DNA from: Yuukianura sp. NJ FZ-2021
Taxonomy: Eukaryota
Assembly: GCA_046563655.1 (NCBI GenBank)
Contig: CM102287.1
Coordinates: 9,796,001 to 9,860,000 of the forward strand
Direction: 5' to 3'
Length of the DNA stretch: 64,000 nt
Under the pieces are notes generated by a model. The model was not told where the DNA came from and made no database searches. It worked only from the letters and a program-made list of their open reading frames with translations. The position numbers and the translations under genes are program-made. Within the stretch, counting starts at the first letter, position 1. The number at the start of each line of letters is the position of its first letter. Shown piece by piece: positions 1 through 12,646 of this stretch.

Positions 1-715
1 GGTATTGGGAACGTCGAAAGACAAAATCCGCGCCGCGAAAATTTTCACGTCCAGAACTTTTCCTGTTTTCGTGGTTTTAGAAATAGTGGTTAGGAACGAA
101 TTAAGTTTTAATTGCCGGAAATGGTTCTTTTAGGGGAAAGTTTTAAAATTTTGACGAGTTGAAGGTTAAATTTCCGGATTTTGCGAAAATTTTGGCAAAA
201 GAGCGTCAGCATAGTCCAAAATTCAATTTTGAGCGAGAATGGCCTTTTGCAAATTAGATTTTGCACTGTTCGAAATTCAATTAAAGGAGAAGGGTTATAA
301 TTCAATTTTGAAGAAGAGAGACTTTTCAGAACAAATTGGCAAAATGGAGTTTTCGCGAAAAAGGGAGAAAATTTGCGGAAAATTGAGTTAGACGAAATAC
401 TTTACGTCTAAAGTCCTTTTGCACACTGTGATAAATTGGGCAAAATTTGGCAGAAGCCAGCAGCTTTTGAGCATCTGTTTCAAAAAACGAAAAAAAATTG
501 TGCTGCTTTTAAGTTAAGTCGAGAAAATTTCACAGTAGATCTTTGACCTGTAAAACTAAAACAAGAAAAGAATTGACCGTGAGTAGGAAAATTTTGAAAA
601 CTAGACCAGGAAAAGTAAAATTTTGTATTTCTGAAATGTCATTAGTGTTATTGTGGTTTGTTGTTTTAATTAACTTGTCAGTTTTACGAAAACCGCAAGA
701 ATTGTAAAAAGTTAC

Positions 716-1258
716 CTCAAACGTATTTTCTGGTAAAATCTGAATAACATTTCCACGTAGATTCAAACTCTCTAATTTGCTCATTCCACTCAACGTTAGA
801 TTCACTAAAAAGTTGTGACTCAAGTCAAGACTTTTACAGTTTTCCAAATCGGACCAACTGACGAATGTCGTGAGATTGTTGTTGCTGAGGTCAAGGAAGG
901 TCAATGACCTCTCTGCAAGGTCATTCTCGTTAGGTTGGACAAAAATTGTGCCAATTTGGTTATGGGCCAATACGAGTTCTGTCACTCCTTGTCCAAACAG
1001 TAGATCATGCTCTCTTATTCCAATGAACAATGTAGGTAAAACGTAGTCACGCAGTTCCAATCGGTGACCTCTGGAATCAAGGTCGTGACCTCCAAAACTT
1101 AAATTTAGCGCTGGAAGAACTGTGAGGAGACGATCTCCGATGCATGTAGTAGTTGCTGTCGTTTCAGGACAAAAGCACTCTGTAGGGCATTCTCCGCTTG
1201 TAGTTGACCTGATGAGGGTCACAACCACAAAGGTCACAAGCGTGACCTCTGAGGCCAT
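716..1258 (-). CDS. First coding exon of a signal-peptide leucine-rich-repeat protein (candidate 2mit ortholog); rest of gene lies left of the window
   Basis: ATG at 1258 gives MASEVTLVTFVVVTLIRSTTSG signal peptide, LRRNT cap CPTECFC, then LRRs (LVLAHNQI, LDLSNNNL, LDLSHNFL, LNLRGNVI); donor GAG/gtaact at 715. Confidence 0.85.
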
Positions 1259-4024
1259 TTTGGTCACTTCACAATCCTGCTCACAACTGTTTCACAAATG
1301 TTGTGAACAATGAGAAGCAACAGGCTCGAACAGTAACAATAACAGTTTGAAGTAGAAATCTGTTCCTTTGTTGAGAGGCGGAAGGGGAGAAAGCAATTAG
1401 TGTTTGAAGAGAAAACAAAAGGTGAAAGTTCTATTGTTCTTTCGCAGCGTTTCTCTTTTGTTTGATTTTGAAATTCCCGCGGGGCTGGAACTGAAACAAA
1501 GTGAACTTGGCTGCAGCGTTTTCCCTTTCCAACTGAGAGCGAAGTTCTAAGCTGCAGCGTCTGAGTTGAGTTTTTGGCCAAACCAGCGCCGGCGTTGTTC
1601 TTACTTTTTGTGCAGAGGGATTTTTGGAGGCAGTGTGCGAGTGAAGTTGTGGAACTGGAGACTGGAGAGTCAGAAACCGGAAGTTTATAGGCACACTGGA
1701 TCGCTGGAAGGGCTGGAAGGATTGGGAGGATTAGACTTTAGTGTTTACTCAACTTACATTTGAAGTCTCCCTGTGTTAGGCTAGGCCTTAAGTCTCTAAT
1801 TATCAATTATCCACTCTCTTCTGCTCAACAAAATAAGACTAAAGTACGCAGTCTACAAAAACCTAAGCTTAAACTCTGGTTTTCCAAAATCTAAAATCTG
1901 GGCAGAGATCATTAGCTCCAAAAAGACGAACAGAATTTTTAAAAGTGTCTAGTTTTTTGTAAACTGAAAAAAAAAACAAGTCTTTGTTGCTTTAAAAGTA
2001 AAAGTTTCGCAGTGTAAAAACGTTTTCTTTGCTAAAACATCATGGTGCGAAATATAGGATTTTACAAGTTCAAAAATTTAAATTTTGATTCAAGATTCAA
2101 TTTCACAATTGGGAAATTTTAGTCGAAAAAAGTTTTTGCAATAAGCAAATGCTCTTTCAAACATAAAACTGGACTGTCGAAATCTTTTGCTAGAAAGAAA
2201 AAATTGGAATTTTTTGAACAGCGTAGGAGATGGGAGATTGAAATTTTTATGAATTTGCGAGTTTTAGTGAAAGTAGTGGGATTTTTTTCGGAAGATGGTT
2301 TTTTTAAATTTCTAAATTTAGTTGAAAGTGTGTTTTTGTGTGATTTGAAATGTTGATTTGTGTTGATTCATTGTGAAGTGTTGTATTTCTTTTGTTAAGT
2401 GCTGAATTTGCACTCCATTTGTAGGATGACAAGAGTTCCATTTTTCTGCAAACTCCTCTTCAGCAGCATCTTTTTGTGTCTTTTTTTCTTCTTCTTCGTT
2501 TCTTCCTCTCGAGTGTTGTGACACTTTTGGAATAAATCATATTTCTGATTTTTTTTTCTCTTCCTCTCTGCACTGCGTTTTTACTTTTTTGAGTTTGTGA
2601 GCTCCGTTTTTTGAAATAGGGGTCCTTCCGGATTCAGTTCTTAGTTTTTTGGAAACTGAAAAAGTTTTTGGTTCTTTGCTCTGCGGGGGTGTCTTTTGTC
2701 GTCTTCATAAATCCAGTCGGAGTCATAATCATGTCATCACTATGTTTCTACTCGCACAAATTATTACAAAATCCAACAGGAACTCGTCTTTTCTAAAAAG
2801 AAAATTCAAAAAAGAATCTTTCTGTTCAAAACACTGGGTTCACTTTTTACGGCTTTCCTAAGAAGGAAGTTTCAAAAAAAGTTAAGAGTTGTAATAACGA
2901 TAGGTCACTTCCGACGTTCTGCTACAAAATAAGGCATTTGGCAGACACTGACACGACTTTAAGTCGCCTCTAACACTCATGTCTGGTCATCGGAATGTTC
3001 AAAAGTGTCGTTCTTCCAGAAAGTTCAAAGGTCAATGACTCATTTCACATGATGTCAAGAGGTCAATGACTCAGTTTGGCGCCAGACAACTTTTTCAAAG
3101 AATTTTCCTGCTATCCAACACTAATTTAATTTTAGTTAAACTCTTCTGACAGTGGTGTTTCATCTTCGAGTGTTTTTTTTTTCGAATTTGGTTTTCCTTG
3201 TGTGCGAAACCGCAAAGCGGAAGCATTTTTGGAGATTGCAAAAAATTAGACTGGAAAACTTTTGGGTTTGAATTTCCTGTTTTGAAAAGATCAATTTGCT
3301 TTGAAGTCGGATTTTGGTGGCCTTGATTTGTTATGATTTTAGTAAATTCCAAGGTTATTTTTGCGACATCCAAGGAGGAAGATGAGCATGTGTGAGTTAG
3401 GAAAATGCGAAAGTTAGCGTAATGTTTTTATTGTGATTTGGAGATAGAGTCATTTCCTTTGTTTTTGGCTTAGACTTAAGCTGGAATGGGTCCTTTAGTA
3501 AGTAAAAGTTAAGTTGAAGTGGGCATAAAGTGGAGAGAGACAAGATGAGATTGGAGCTGGAGTGCACATTCAGCATATCCCTCTGCCCTACTTTCCTTAA
3601 CTTCTTTTAATTCATGAGAGTCCATTGTTCTAAAACCTTGGAGTTCCATCTAACTTGGACTATGGACTGATTTTTAGTATAGTCTAACATAGGCTATGGT
3701 AAAAGTATAAGTTAGGTGGAAGGAGACTGTAATTGAGCAATAATCCTGCTGGTGGAATGGGAACAATCAAATTGTCAAGAAGGAATTTATGTGTGAGAGA
3801 CTAATTAAACGTCATTCATCATCATCTGAGCAGATGAAAGGAGGGAGATTTTGAACAAAATAAATTAGGAATGGTGCAAGGAGGGGAGAGCTACTGGGTT
3901 TCAAAATGATTTTCTCCTAGACGTTTTTAGAATGAGGGTTATTAAATTTTGGCTTGAGCTTTTGTTACTTTTTTAGTAACTTTAGGAAGAAAAATCTAAA
4001 AGATTTCTGTAATTTAATTTCTAG

Positions 4025-7000
4025 AAGATGAGGGCTGGGGAGATGCAGATGATGAGGAGGAAGAAGATGAAATTGACGAGGAAGAATATGAAGGTAAGAA
4101 AAAAAGTTGTAATTTTAAAATTAAAAACCTCAAAATTTAAAATTTTGCGTTTTTTTTTTAAATCCTGTAACTTGGACTTGGAAAAATTTAATTGGAAGAC
4201 TTGTCGAATTTGAAAATTGTTGGAACTAGAGGCAAAAAAATTTCTTCAGAAAGCAATTTTTTGATGACAGAAAACGAAAGTTAACGTCTCAAGAGTTGAT
4301 TTCTGATGAATCTGAGTTTTCGGACTTTTTGGGGGATTTTATTGGTGAAAAAATTTGAATGGAGCGGCAACTTGCCTCTGACAAGAGGAAGTGAAAGTAT
4401 TTAAGATTAAAATGAAGCGTTTGATTTAAGTGAATTTTCCGCTGCTTTTCTTCTATTTTTTTTATCCAGCCTGGAGAAAGGATTTTATTTATGAGAAAAC
4501 TTTCTCCTCCTCCCCAGTCAGTGAGGCGTGTGTGGATCTCTCCAATATTTTGTGCTTTTAAAACCGTCAGTTTTGGGCCTTGGGTTAGGTTTTAGCCTAA
4601 CATTAGGTTTTTTAGCCTAACGTTAGGTTTTAGCCTAAACCTAAAAAGCTGCTTCCCTTCTGCTATCTCTTCTTGCCCTGATCCTCAGTAAAGGCTTTTG
4701 AACAAGCTCAAAATTAGCGGAAGGAAATTGTTAATTAAAGAGAAACAATGGAGGCGATGATGAGGGTAAAGGGCTGTTTTGCTGCTTAGGGAGCGCGGGA
4801 AGATTTGAACTTTGGAGGGAGAAAGTCAATTTCAAATTTGGAAATTTTAAATTTCCGAAATGGAATTATTGTAAAGTGAGTCATGGAGGGAGGAGGGGAG
4901 AAGAAAGTTGAGGAAGTGGAATAATTCTAAAATTACTTTATTTTAAATTTATTATTAAAAAACTCATGCATTTTTAAAAACAAATTTTTATGGGGGAACA
5001 TTATGACCGGAGGACGAGGGGAAGAAAGGAATTTTTGTGCATTTAAAAAAAGTTTTTTGAAAAAGAAGAATAAAAAAAGTTATGAAAAATATGGAGAAAA
5101 GGCCCTTGTCAGTTCCAATTTCCGTAGAATGGGAGAGTATGAAAATGGAACTTTCTCTGCCCGTCGTGATCCATTAGATTAATCATATGGATCCATGCGT
5201 TCTCTCTTGGTTTTCAAAGTGAGAGAAAATGAAGCGCCAAAAAAAGTTGATCCACTTTTCACTTTTTCCAAAATGCCACTTTTGAGGCACTTTTTAACAT
5301 TTTTATTGTAAATCCGGTTTGAAAAAGAAAGTTAAAAGCTTCCATTTTCAATGTCTGCATAATGGGATTTTTCCATGTCAATTTTCGCGAGAGCTGTAGT
5401 CAAAAAACGAAAAAAATAAAACACGATTGGAAATTCGTTCTGTGAAATGTTGAAATGTATGTAAAAACTCTAAAAATTTCGGAAATTATTCAGTTTCTTC
5501 AACTTTCACTGCAAATGCCTCTTCTGGAATTTTTTGAGCGCTGGTTTTTGCGAATTTCTTTCGGTTTTTTTTTGTTGTATCTTTTTTTTTTGCGTTTGAA
5601 ATGTTTAGCAGGAAGCATCAACTCTTGTTGAGACTGTTCATATTTCTTCATTGTCCAACAGAAAAACCAAAATTGGAAAGTTGACTTTCTCTGTGTTCAC
5701 AACCTTAACCCCTCACGGGACAAATTTTCTTGTTCTGCTCGCCCTTTTGTTAAAATAAGATTAGAAAAAAGACATTTTGTGGAACTTCGTTTTCTTTTTT
5801 TTTTGTGCTGCACAACAGAAACAGCACGGGAGAAAGCCAAAGCCTCTCCTGCTCCTCCCTCCATTTCTTTTTTGAAATTTATTTATCAATCCATTTGAGC
5901 GCCTTTTCTCTTCTTTGGAGAAAAGGAGAAAGTAAAAGCTCTTCCTCCGGACTTGACGTTTTTATTAATGTAATTTTTCATGTGATTAGATTTCCGGTGT
6001 TATTTGGATGACCTTCTCCGCTTACCCTCCTCCTCCCTTTTCATTTACAAAAAGAAACGCTGCAGCGCTAGGGCTGGAACAAACTCGGTTGGGGAGCTTA
6101 AGACTTTTCCCTTTGGAGCTTACAGCTTCCAGCCGAGTATAATTCACATTAGAAAAGTATAAAAGTTTTCCCGGGGAAATTTTTTTCGTGGAACGACGGG
6201 GGAATTTTGGTTTTATGAGCGTGAAGGAGATTGGCTATAAAATCTATTAGGCCATTAGTAATTGCTTTACGCTTGGCTCCTTATGTCCTAATAACAACCA
6301 CTTTCACTTTCCTTGACCATATACTCGAACTTTGTGTGACCCCACCTTCGCATAGTGTGACGTGTGACCATACTTGTACTTTCTGTGAACTTGGTTTCCC
6401 TTTGTGTGTGGCTGCTTTCACTTTTTGGGCTGAGAAAAAGAAAGATGGAGGGAGATGACAATTTTGGTGGGGTGTAATGATTGAATTTGGAGGAAAAATG
6501 ACTCAATTTTGTGAAATCTTGGTGCGTCGCTGAGGATTTCAGAGATTTTTATCTGATTTTTCTAACTTTCTCTTCTTTTTGAACTTTTTTAGAACGTGAT
6601 CATGGATTTGGAAGGGAGAGCGAATTTGATTTTAAGGGATTTGTTGAAAGGTAAGAAATTGAAATGATTCAGAGATTTTTGAAACTAAAACTGAGGTTTT
6701 TATTTTTAGTTTGATTTTGTTTGTTTTTTTTAGATATGCTCATCCCAAAATAGTTGCGAATTACGCCGGACTGTTCCAGAACTTTGAGACGTTGAGTGAC
6801 AGCGTGCTGCATTGTGTAATGAAAATGTTTCATCGCCTGACCTTCGACCTTGGTCACACTTCTCTCTTGTGTCAAGCCTCAGTTTTCAGAACGTTTCAAA
6901 AACTATTGAAAGCAGCAAAGTTTCAACCGAGACTTCAAGTGGCAACTGAATTTTTCAAACACTTTTGGCCCAAGTTTGTCAAAATGGCAGCCGTCAACCC

Positions 7001-8009
7001 TAAAATCTTTATGGAACTTTTGTTTTGGAAAACTGGGAAGGACGATGCAGAAATTCAGCATGGATATGCTCAGTATGGAACTTCTGGAGCATCAGCAGGA
7101 GCAGGGTCAAGCAAAACGAAGAGGAAGAATGCCAGAGGGACGCTGAACGAGGAAGAAGAAAACGAAATTTGTGTACTCGCTGAAGAATATTCACAGCTTC
7201 CACCAGGTTTGGTCACAATTTAACCGCCATTCTGATACAATTTGAAATTTTTCTTGCAAGTTTTTTCAAAATGAAGTTTCATTGTCAATTCCAGTTTCTT
7301 GTTCATGTTTTTTTTAGAAAAAGGAAGGAAACAAGTTGATTGGATCAACGACAGGCTCATCAATGGACCAAAAGTGAAGAAAGTGATTCAAAACTTCTTG
7401 AAAGAAAAAGGACTTGCGGTAAGTTTTGATATTCTTCATTAAAGAAAATAAAATTTTCTTCAATTTTTTCTAAAAAGCATTCGGTTTGTTTAGCTTGGTG
7501 CTTTGAGGCTACCACGCAAAGGAAAGAAGAGTCAACCGACAGGACTGGACGCAGAATTTGAAAATTTGGAAAATTTCGATGTTTTGGCTTCGGATGACGA
7601 AGAAGTTTCGAAAGCACCGCCTGAGTCAACTTTTGATGCAACAGAAACCCCAGTTAGCGATGAAATTGCAAGGATGACCACTGTTACCAAGCTGTCCGTT
7701 GTATTGTCAGGTTCTGACACTGATGAGGCACCAACAATGACCTCCGCTGAAGTTGATCAGACGAAAAAAGTGACCACTCGACGTGTCATGATGTCTTCGG
7801 ATTCGGATGAGGAAGTGAGCACTCGACGTGTCATGATGGCTTCTGATTCGGATGACGAACTGTTGCGTCCGAAGGACCCCGAAGTGGAAGCTGCTGAGAA
7901 AAACACTTCACGACGAATTGTGTCATCGGATTCTGAAAATGAGACTGAAGAACCGAAAAAAGTCGGATCGCAACGACGTGCTATTTTGTCGTCGGATTCG
8001 GAAGCGTAG
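4025..8009 (+). CDS. timeout: Timeout/TIM2 (TIMELESS ortholog), 3' exons; N-terminal exons are outside the window
   Basis: Phase-consistent exons 4025-4093, 6593-6650, 6734-7206, 7318-7418, 7494-8009. EFDFKGFVERYAHPKIV...HCVMKMFHRLTFDL...AAVNPKIFMELLFWK matches the TIMELESS motifs HCIVKMLHRLAHDL and AAVNQKAFVELLFWK, followed by one Myb-like repeat. Confidence 0.9.
4585..4644. repeat. Short tandem repeat, 3 units of about 18-20 nt (TTAGGTTTTAGCCTAAC)
   Basis: Directly visible; each unit has TTAGG...CCTAA inverted ends. Confidence 0.85.
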
Positions 8010-9392
8010 ACCTGAAAGCTGGAAGTTTGTTAAAGTTAAGCTAAAGTTTGATATACTACAGTAGTTGCTAATTGATTTGTTCATTTTGAAAGTTGTTTTT
8101 TGAATAAGGTGTTTTTTTATTCAGTAAACTGTTTGTGCCTGGGTAAATTCTGGACTCGACGCTATGAATTTAAAAAAGTTTTTTGAATTTGAAGATGAAA
8201 ATGTGCTAACTTGTACGAAGAAGCTGCTATTTTCAAAATTTTAAATAAAAGTTCTGAAATTGACGTGAATAAATGAGGAATAACTTTGACGCCACATGAA
8301 AAACTAAAAATTTGAAATAACCAGGAGAACTTACAAGATAAATGGGATGAATAATTTAAAATTTTATGTGGCCTCGAAATTAGGAGAAACTTTTTCAATT
8401 TTTTGTAATAAGAACTTTGAAAATTTCAACTTTGCATCATTTTTCCTAATTTGGAATAAGATAAATAGCGTAGTATGAAGATTCTATCAGTTATTGAAAA
8501 AATGAGACCACTTTCTACTTTGTCTAAAATCGGTGTGAAGCGATTAGCCCTGAGATGAAAATACTTCCTGAGATTTGAAAATTTGAATGTTTTGACTTCG
8601 GATGAGGGTGAAGACGTTCCTGATTCACCGTCGCCGTCACCCGCGACCCCATGAATCCACACACGAAAATTTGTTTCAAAATTTCGGGAATTTTGATATA
8701 TTTTTTAATTTAACTTTAAAGAAATTATTAAAAAGGACCTTCACCATTTTCTTTTCTTCTATCAGCCTTTCAACCGGCCATGTTGTATTTCCTTTACTGT
8801 TTTTAGATTAAAAGTCTTAGTTTAGATTTAGTTTAAAGATTTTATAACCTTTGTTTTTTGGTTGGTCAGAAGCCTGCTCCACGCATCATTGGAATTGGTG
8901 TAAGAAACGCTTGAGGCGTTTGAGAAATTTCCTGTGACTAGTTCCACGTCGACACAGGAAAAAAGTGTAGCATGGCTTGTGTCTGTACTTGTCTCTAGTA
9001 GTGTGTTAATTGTATGTTGACCTTTCAACTATACCTTATTTGACCTCTAATCCCAAGTTAATCTAATTTCTACAAAAAGAAACAAAGACTAAAGGGAACT
9101 CTAAGGACGGTTCAAGGTAAGACTAAATTGACATCCAGCCAGTTGATAAAATTAGACAGGTTAGCAGAAGAAACATTTCTTTTGGTCAAACGTCTTTTTG
9201 AATGTCAAGAACTAACATTTTCTGAGTAGCTTTTGGACAATTCGAATAGAAAACAAGTTTTTCAAAATTACATGGCGTGTGGTGGGATGCCGAAAGAAAC
9301 CTGGTATTTTTTACTCTGGGAAAGAAACGTTTGTTTTAATTTAAGACTTCGGCTTCATTTAGTCACTAACATTGTAATTTTCATGTTTTCAG

Positions 9393-9626
9393 ATGAGGCC
9401 TGTGAGACAGCAACAATTGGTCGGTCTCAATGCGTTAAAAATCTTTTTGGGAGAGAAGGCAGTGGAGCTGCAGCGCCTGCGCCGACAACTTCGGACACTT
9501 AAGGCTTTGCCGCCTGCCCTACGTAGGCAAGACGACGTGGACCGGAAGGAACAAGAGGTCGATGAACTGGAAGCGGCATATGAACGTTATGAAACCCCTG
9601 TCGAACAACTGGAAAGTGAAATTTAA
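9393..9626 (+). CDS. Small (77 aa) orphan coiled-coil protein
   Basis: ATG directly after acceptor ttttcag; upstream donor AAG/gtaaga at 9117; AATAAATAAA at 9788; heptad-like ELQRLRRQLRTL...EVDELEAAYE. Confidence 0.55.
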   Translation: MRPVRQQQLVGLNALKIFLGEKAVELQRLRRQLRTLKALPPALRRQDDVDRKEQEVDELEAAYERYETPVEQLESEI

Positions 9627-10227
9627 TGGTGGTTGATGTGCACCTTCCTTGACCGCCTGTACCCACCGATTCAAATTTGTCTAGTGTCTGGAGACACATT
9701 TTTGTCACATGAATTTCCGTTCTATTCCTCTGAAACTACTCTACTTGTGTAAATAACGTCATTCTAATTGGCCTCTCCCTTAAGAACCAATAAATAAACA
9801 TGACTCTTTAAACAGTTTACAAAATTTTATACAAGTTTTGAACGTTTTTACTCAAGTTCCTCCAGTTTCGGTTTAAAATCTCCACTTTGCGGCGATTTTT
9901 CTTGCACTTCCATCACTTGAGTCGGGTTGTACTTGTACACCGTTATGGAGCAATTTGGAGCAAAAGTTGGTAAGTTTGTTAATTATAATTTGTTGATTCC
10001 ATAACAATTGCCCGAATGTCGTTTCTTTGTTTATGTTTTTCCGTGTGCTTTTTTTTTGTCAGCGGATCTCTGTTTTAAAAAGGAATTCCAAGAAGAATGT
10101 AAAATTAGAGGGGTTCATCAAACGTTCAAAATTGTTCAAAATTTGAAACTCAAAATTGCTAAATTTTCGAATACGAAACACTATTTGTTGCGGATACTAT
10201 GACTTGAGCGTCAACTAATTAATCAAG

Positions 10228-12195
10228 ATGGACCCTGCACTACCGCGGTGTCGGTTCCTCATGAAGAGAGATGTTTTTAATCTCTGCTACATGACTCCAT
10301 CCACTGCAACTGTAACTGTCCAAGCAGCTACAACTGCAAGTCGCAATTTTAAAAAAATAGCTCAGAATTTTGAAAATTTGACTGTTCAAACAAATTTTTA
10401 TTATGAATTTCAGGCCATTTTGAAAATCATGGGATACTTGGATGGTAAATCACGTTCGGAGTGTCGCCTTGTTTGTCGTGCCTGGAAGAAAGTACTGGAC
10501 GAAGAAATCGGATTGTGGTTTATCCTGAACGAGAAGAAATTCAAACATGAAAATGGATTCTTTTGTCGCTCTGTACTGCTCGAACGTCTCACTGTCGCTC
10601 ATGTCAACAAATTCAAAACCTTGGTTGCTATCAAGTATCCTGATCGTCTCAAAATCCTTCGTTGCATTGGTCCAGTCGATTCCGATTGGTTTAAAAGTCA
10701 AATTCTGCTTAAATGTCGCAACCTGGTTAGAATTGAGCTGTCCGGTCGGTTTCTCCAATCACAAGAACTGGCCAAACAATCACCTTCTCCTCCTGTTCCA
10801 CATCTTGGCCAGTCATCCTGCAAAGGTACTGGCAGTACCGATTCAGATGGATCTCGCAGTGGCAAAATCTCACATCACGTAACCTTCAATCACCTCAAAT
10901 CGCTGATTATCTCTTACACTGACCATGATTACCAAGCGTACCAGCTGAAAGTCAACGGTGCAGGTCCATTGCAAGCCATTTGGGGAACAATACTTGGAGG
11001 TCGGTTTGAAGCGATTTACCTTCTCAAGCAAGTGATTGACTCCAATGTTACTTTTCTTCTGGATACAATTCGAAGTCCTTCCTTGAGAACACTGTATGTC
11101 AGTGTTGATGGAATGCTATGGGACGAGAATAAATCTCATCCAGCATGGAGTTATCGCTGGAAGCGATTACCCCTGAAGCATTTTCTGGAAGCCCATCGCT
11201 TAACCCTCCGGAGATTGTACTTGCCACATTACGGTGGAGATTCAAAGAAAGAAGACAGAACGTTTCCCATTTTTCCTTGCAATCTGCGTACACTTGAAAT
11301 ATCGCTGCTCCAGAAAGGAGATAGAAAAAATACGCGGTTCATGGAGAAGCTGCTGCTGATTCAAACGGAATTGCAGGAACTGCGACTGGATAAGCACTAC
11401 GTTGGTCACTCCCTGATCATGTTCCCATGTCTCGTCAGCGTCATTCATGCAAATCGCTTGACATTGACGTTTGTCCATCTCAATTTAACGCAACACGATC
11501 AGGAGTTCATGGACGGTGCAATCTTCGGAGAATGTCGGCTTCTCCAGACGCTGATTATTCAACGGACGCATGAACGTGTCATCTTTCGACACGTCACGAA
11601 CTTACCGAAGTCTCTCCGCTGTCTTCGGATCCACGTTACCGTTTGGTTCGGCGAAACAGAAATGTTCCGGTACAAACATTTTAAGAAACTGGAGACACTC
11701 GTTCTGGACGACATCTTGCTAGAAGCTAGAGGAACGCATAGAACTCATCAAGTCCTCCGATTGGTCAGGAACGTTCTGCGCATGCGCCGCCTGGATCGAT
11801 TTCATCTTGACACACAAGAACCGGATCCGGACGGACCGTGCGTCCCCTTGAACGGCATCATTCAGAGTCTTTATGGTGGACACGACGTTTCTCAAGCTCC
11901 TACCAAAGGATTCTCCATGCTGCAGATGTATCCAAATACGGGCGGTCTTCTGGAAGAAGAGGAATCCCGACATTTCCTGGATTCGGATCCTCTGTACCGG
12001 ACGAATATCGATCCGAATCGACGGCACGGTCCGGATTTCAACGGTTCTGCTTCGGCACAAGACGTTGTGGTCAAGTCCAACATGTTTGATCCAAACGAAG
12101 TCGCTCGAATCCAGGAACGGAACGACGAAGATTCGGAAGAAGAGGCAGAGAAACCTTGGTGTGAATTTTGTTATGGACTACTTAATTTTACCTAA
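10228..12195 (+). CDS. F-box protein with degenerate LRR-like C-terminal region
   Basis: F-box AILKIMGYLDGKSRSECRLVCRAWKKV; LxxLxL repeats (LRTLYV, LRRLYL, LQELRL, LETLVL). Probable in-frame 102-nt intron 10312-10413 (gtaact...tttcag). Confidence 0.85.
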   Translation: MDPALPRCRFLMKRDVFNLCYMTPSTATVTVQAATTASRNFKKIAQNFENLTVQTNFYYEFQAILKIMGYLDGKSRSECRLVCRAWKKVLDEEIGLWFILNEKKFKHENGFFCRSVLLERLTVAHVNKFKTLVAIKYPDRLKILRCIGPVDSDWFKSQILLKCRNLVRIELSGRFLQSQELAKQSPSPPVPHLGQSSCKGTGSTDSDGSRSGKISHHVTFNHLKSLIISYTDHDYQAYQLKVNGAGPLQAIWGTILGGRFEAIYLLKQVIDSNVTFLLDTIRSPSLRTLYVSVDGMLWDENKSHPAWSYRWKRLPLKHFLEAHRLTLRRLYLPHYGGDSKKEDRTFPIFPCNLRTLEISLLQKGDRKNTRFMEKLLLIQTELQELRLDKHYVGHSLIMFPCLVSVIHANRLTLTFVHLNLTQHDQEFMDGAIFGECRLLQTLIIQRTHERVIFRHVTNLPKSLRCLRIHVTVWFGETEMFRYKHFKKLETLVLDDILLEARGTHRTHQVLRLVRNVLRMRRLDRFHLDTQEPDPDGPCVPLNGIIQSLYGGHDVSQAPTKGFSMLQMYPNTGGLLEEEESRHFLDSDPLYRTNIDPNRRHGPDFNGSASAQDVVVKSNMFDPNEVARIQERNDEDSEEEAEKPWCEFCYGLLNFT

Positions 12196-12646
12196 AACTT
12201 TTACAATTTTTCTGCAATTAAAGTTAATCACAATTAAAAACTTAATTAGCACCTTAATTATAGTACTGTGAACGGTGATAATTTTTAATAGTAGATATTT
12301 AACCCGATTTTTTATAAATGGCAGTTCTGGGTTCATTTTCTGCGAAGTCTTTTTAAAAACCTTAATTTAAGTTTGGTTCAAGGAATGAATTGATATCATA
12401 ATTTGCGGAGTCTGTCACAAAATGGCGCAATTTTTTGAAAAAAATGGCGCCAACTTTTTTCAAAAACTTTTGAAGGAGTATAGTTTCGTTGTTGTTGTAG
12501 TCAGTAAATAATTTCAACAGTTCTTGTAGTCCGTGCTGCTGTTTTCTTCCCGAGAATTTGAGCCGAAGTACTGAAAAATCGACTAGAATTGAATTATCAG
12601 TAATAGTTTTTAGAAGGCGTTCCAGTTTTTTGGAAAAAACTTTTTT

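Noticed and set aside
10410..12271. Overlapping alternative-frame and antisense ORFs over the F-box gene (similarly over tubulin, YME1L, CLIP protease and 49079-49697)
   Set aside because: Shadow ORFs of real coding sequence with no recognisable motifs.
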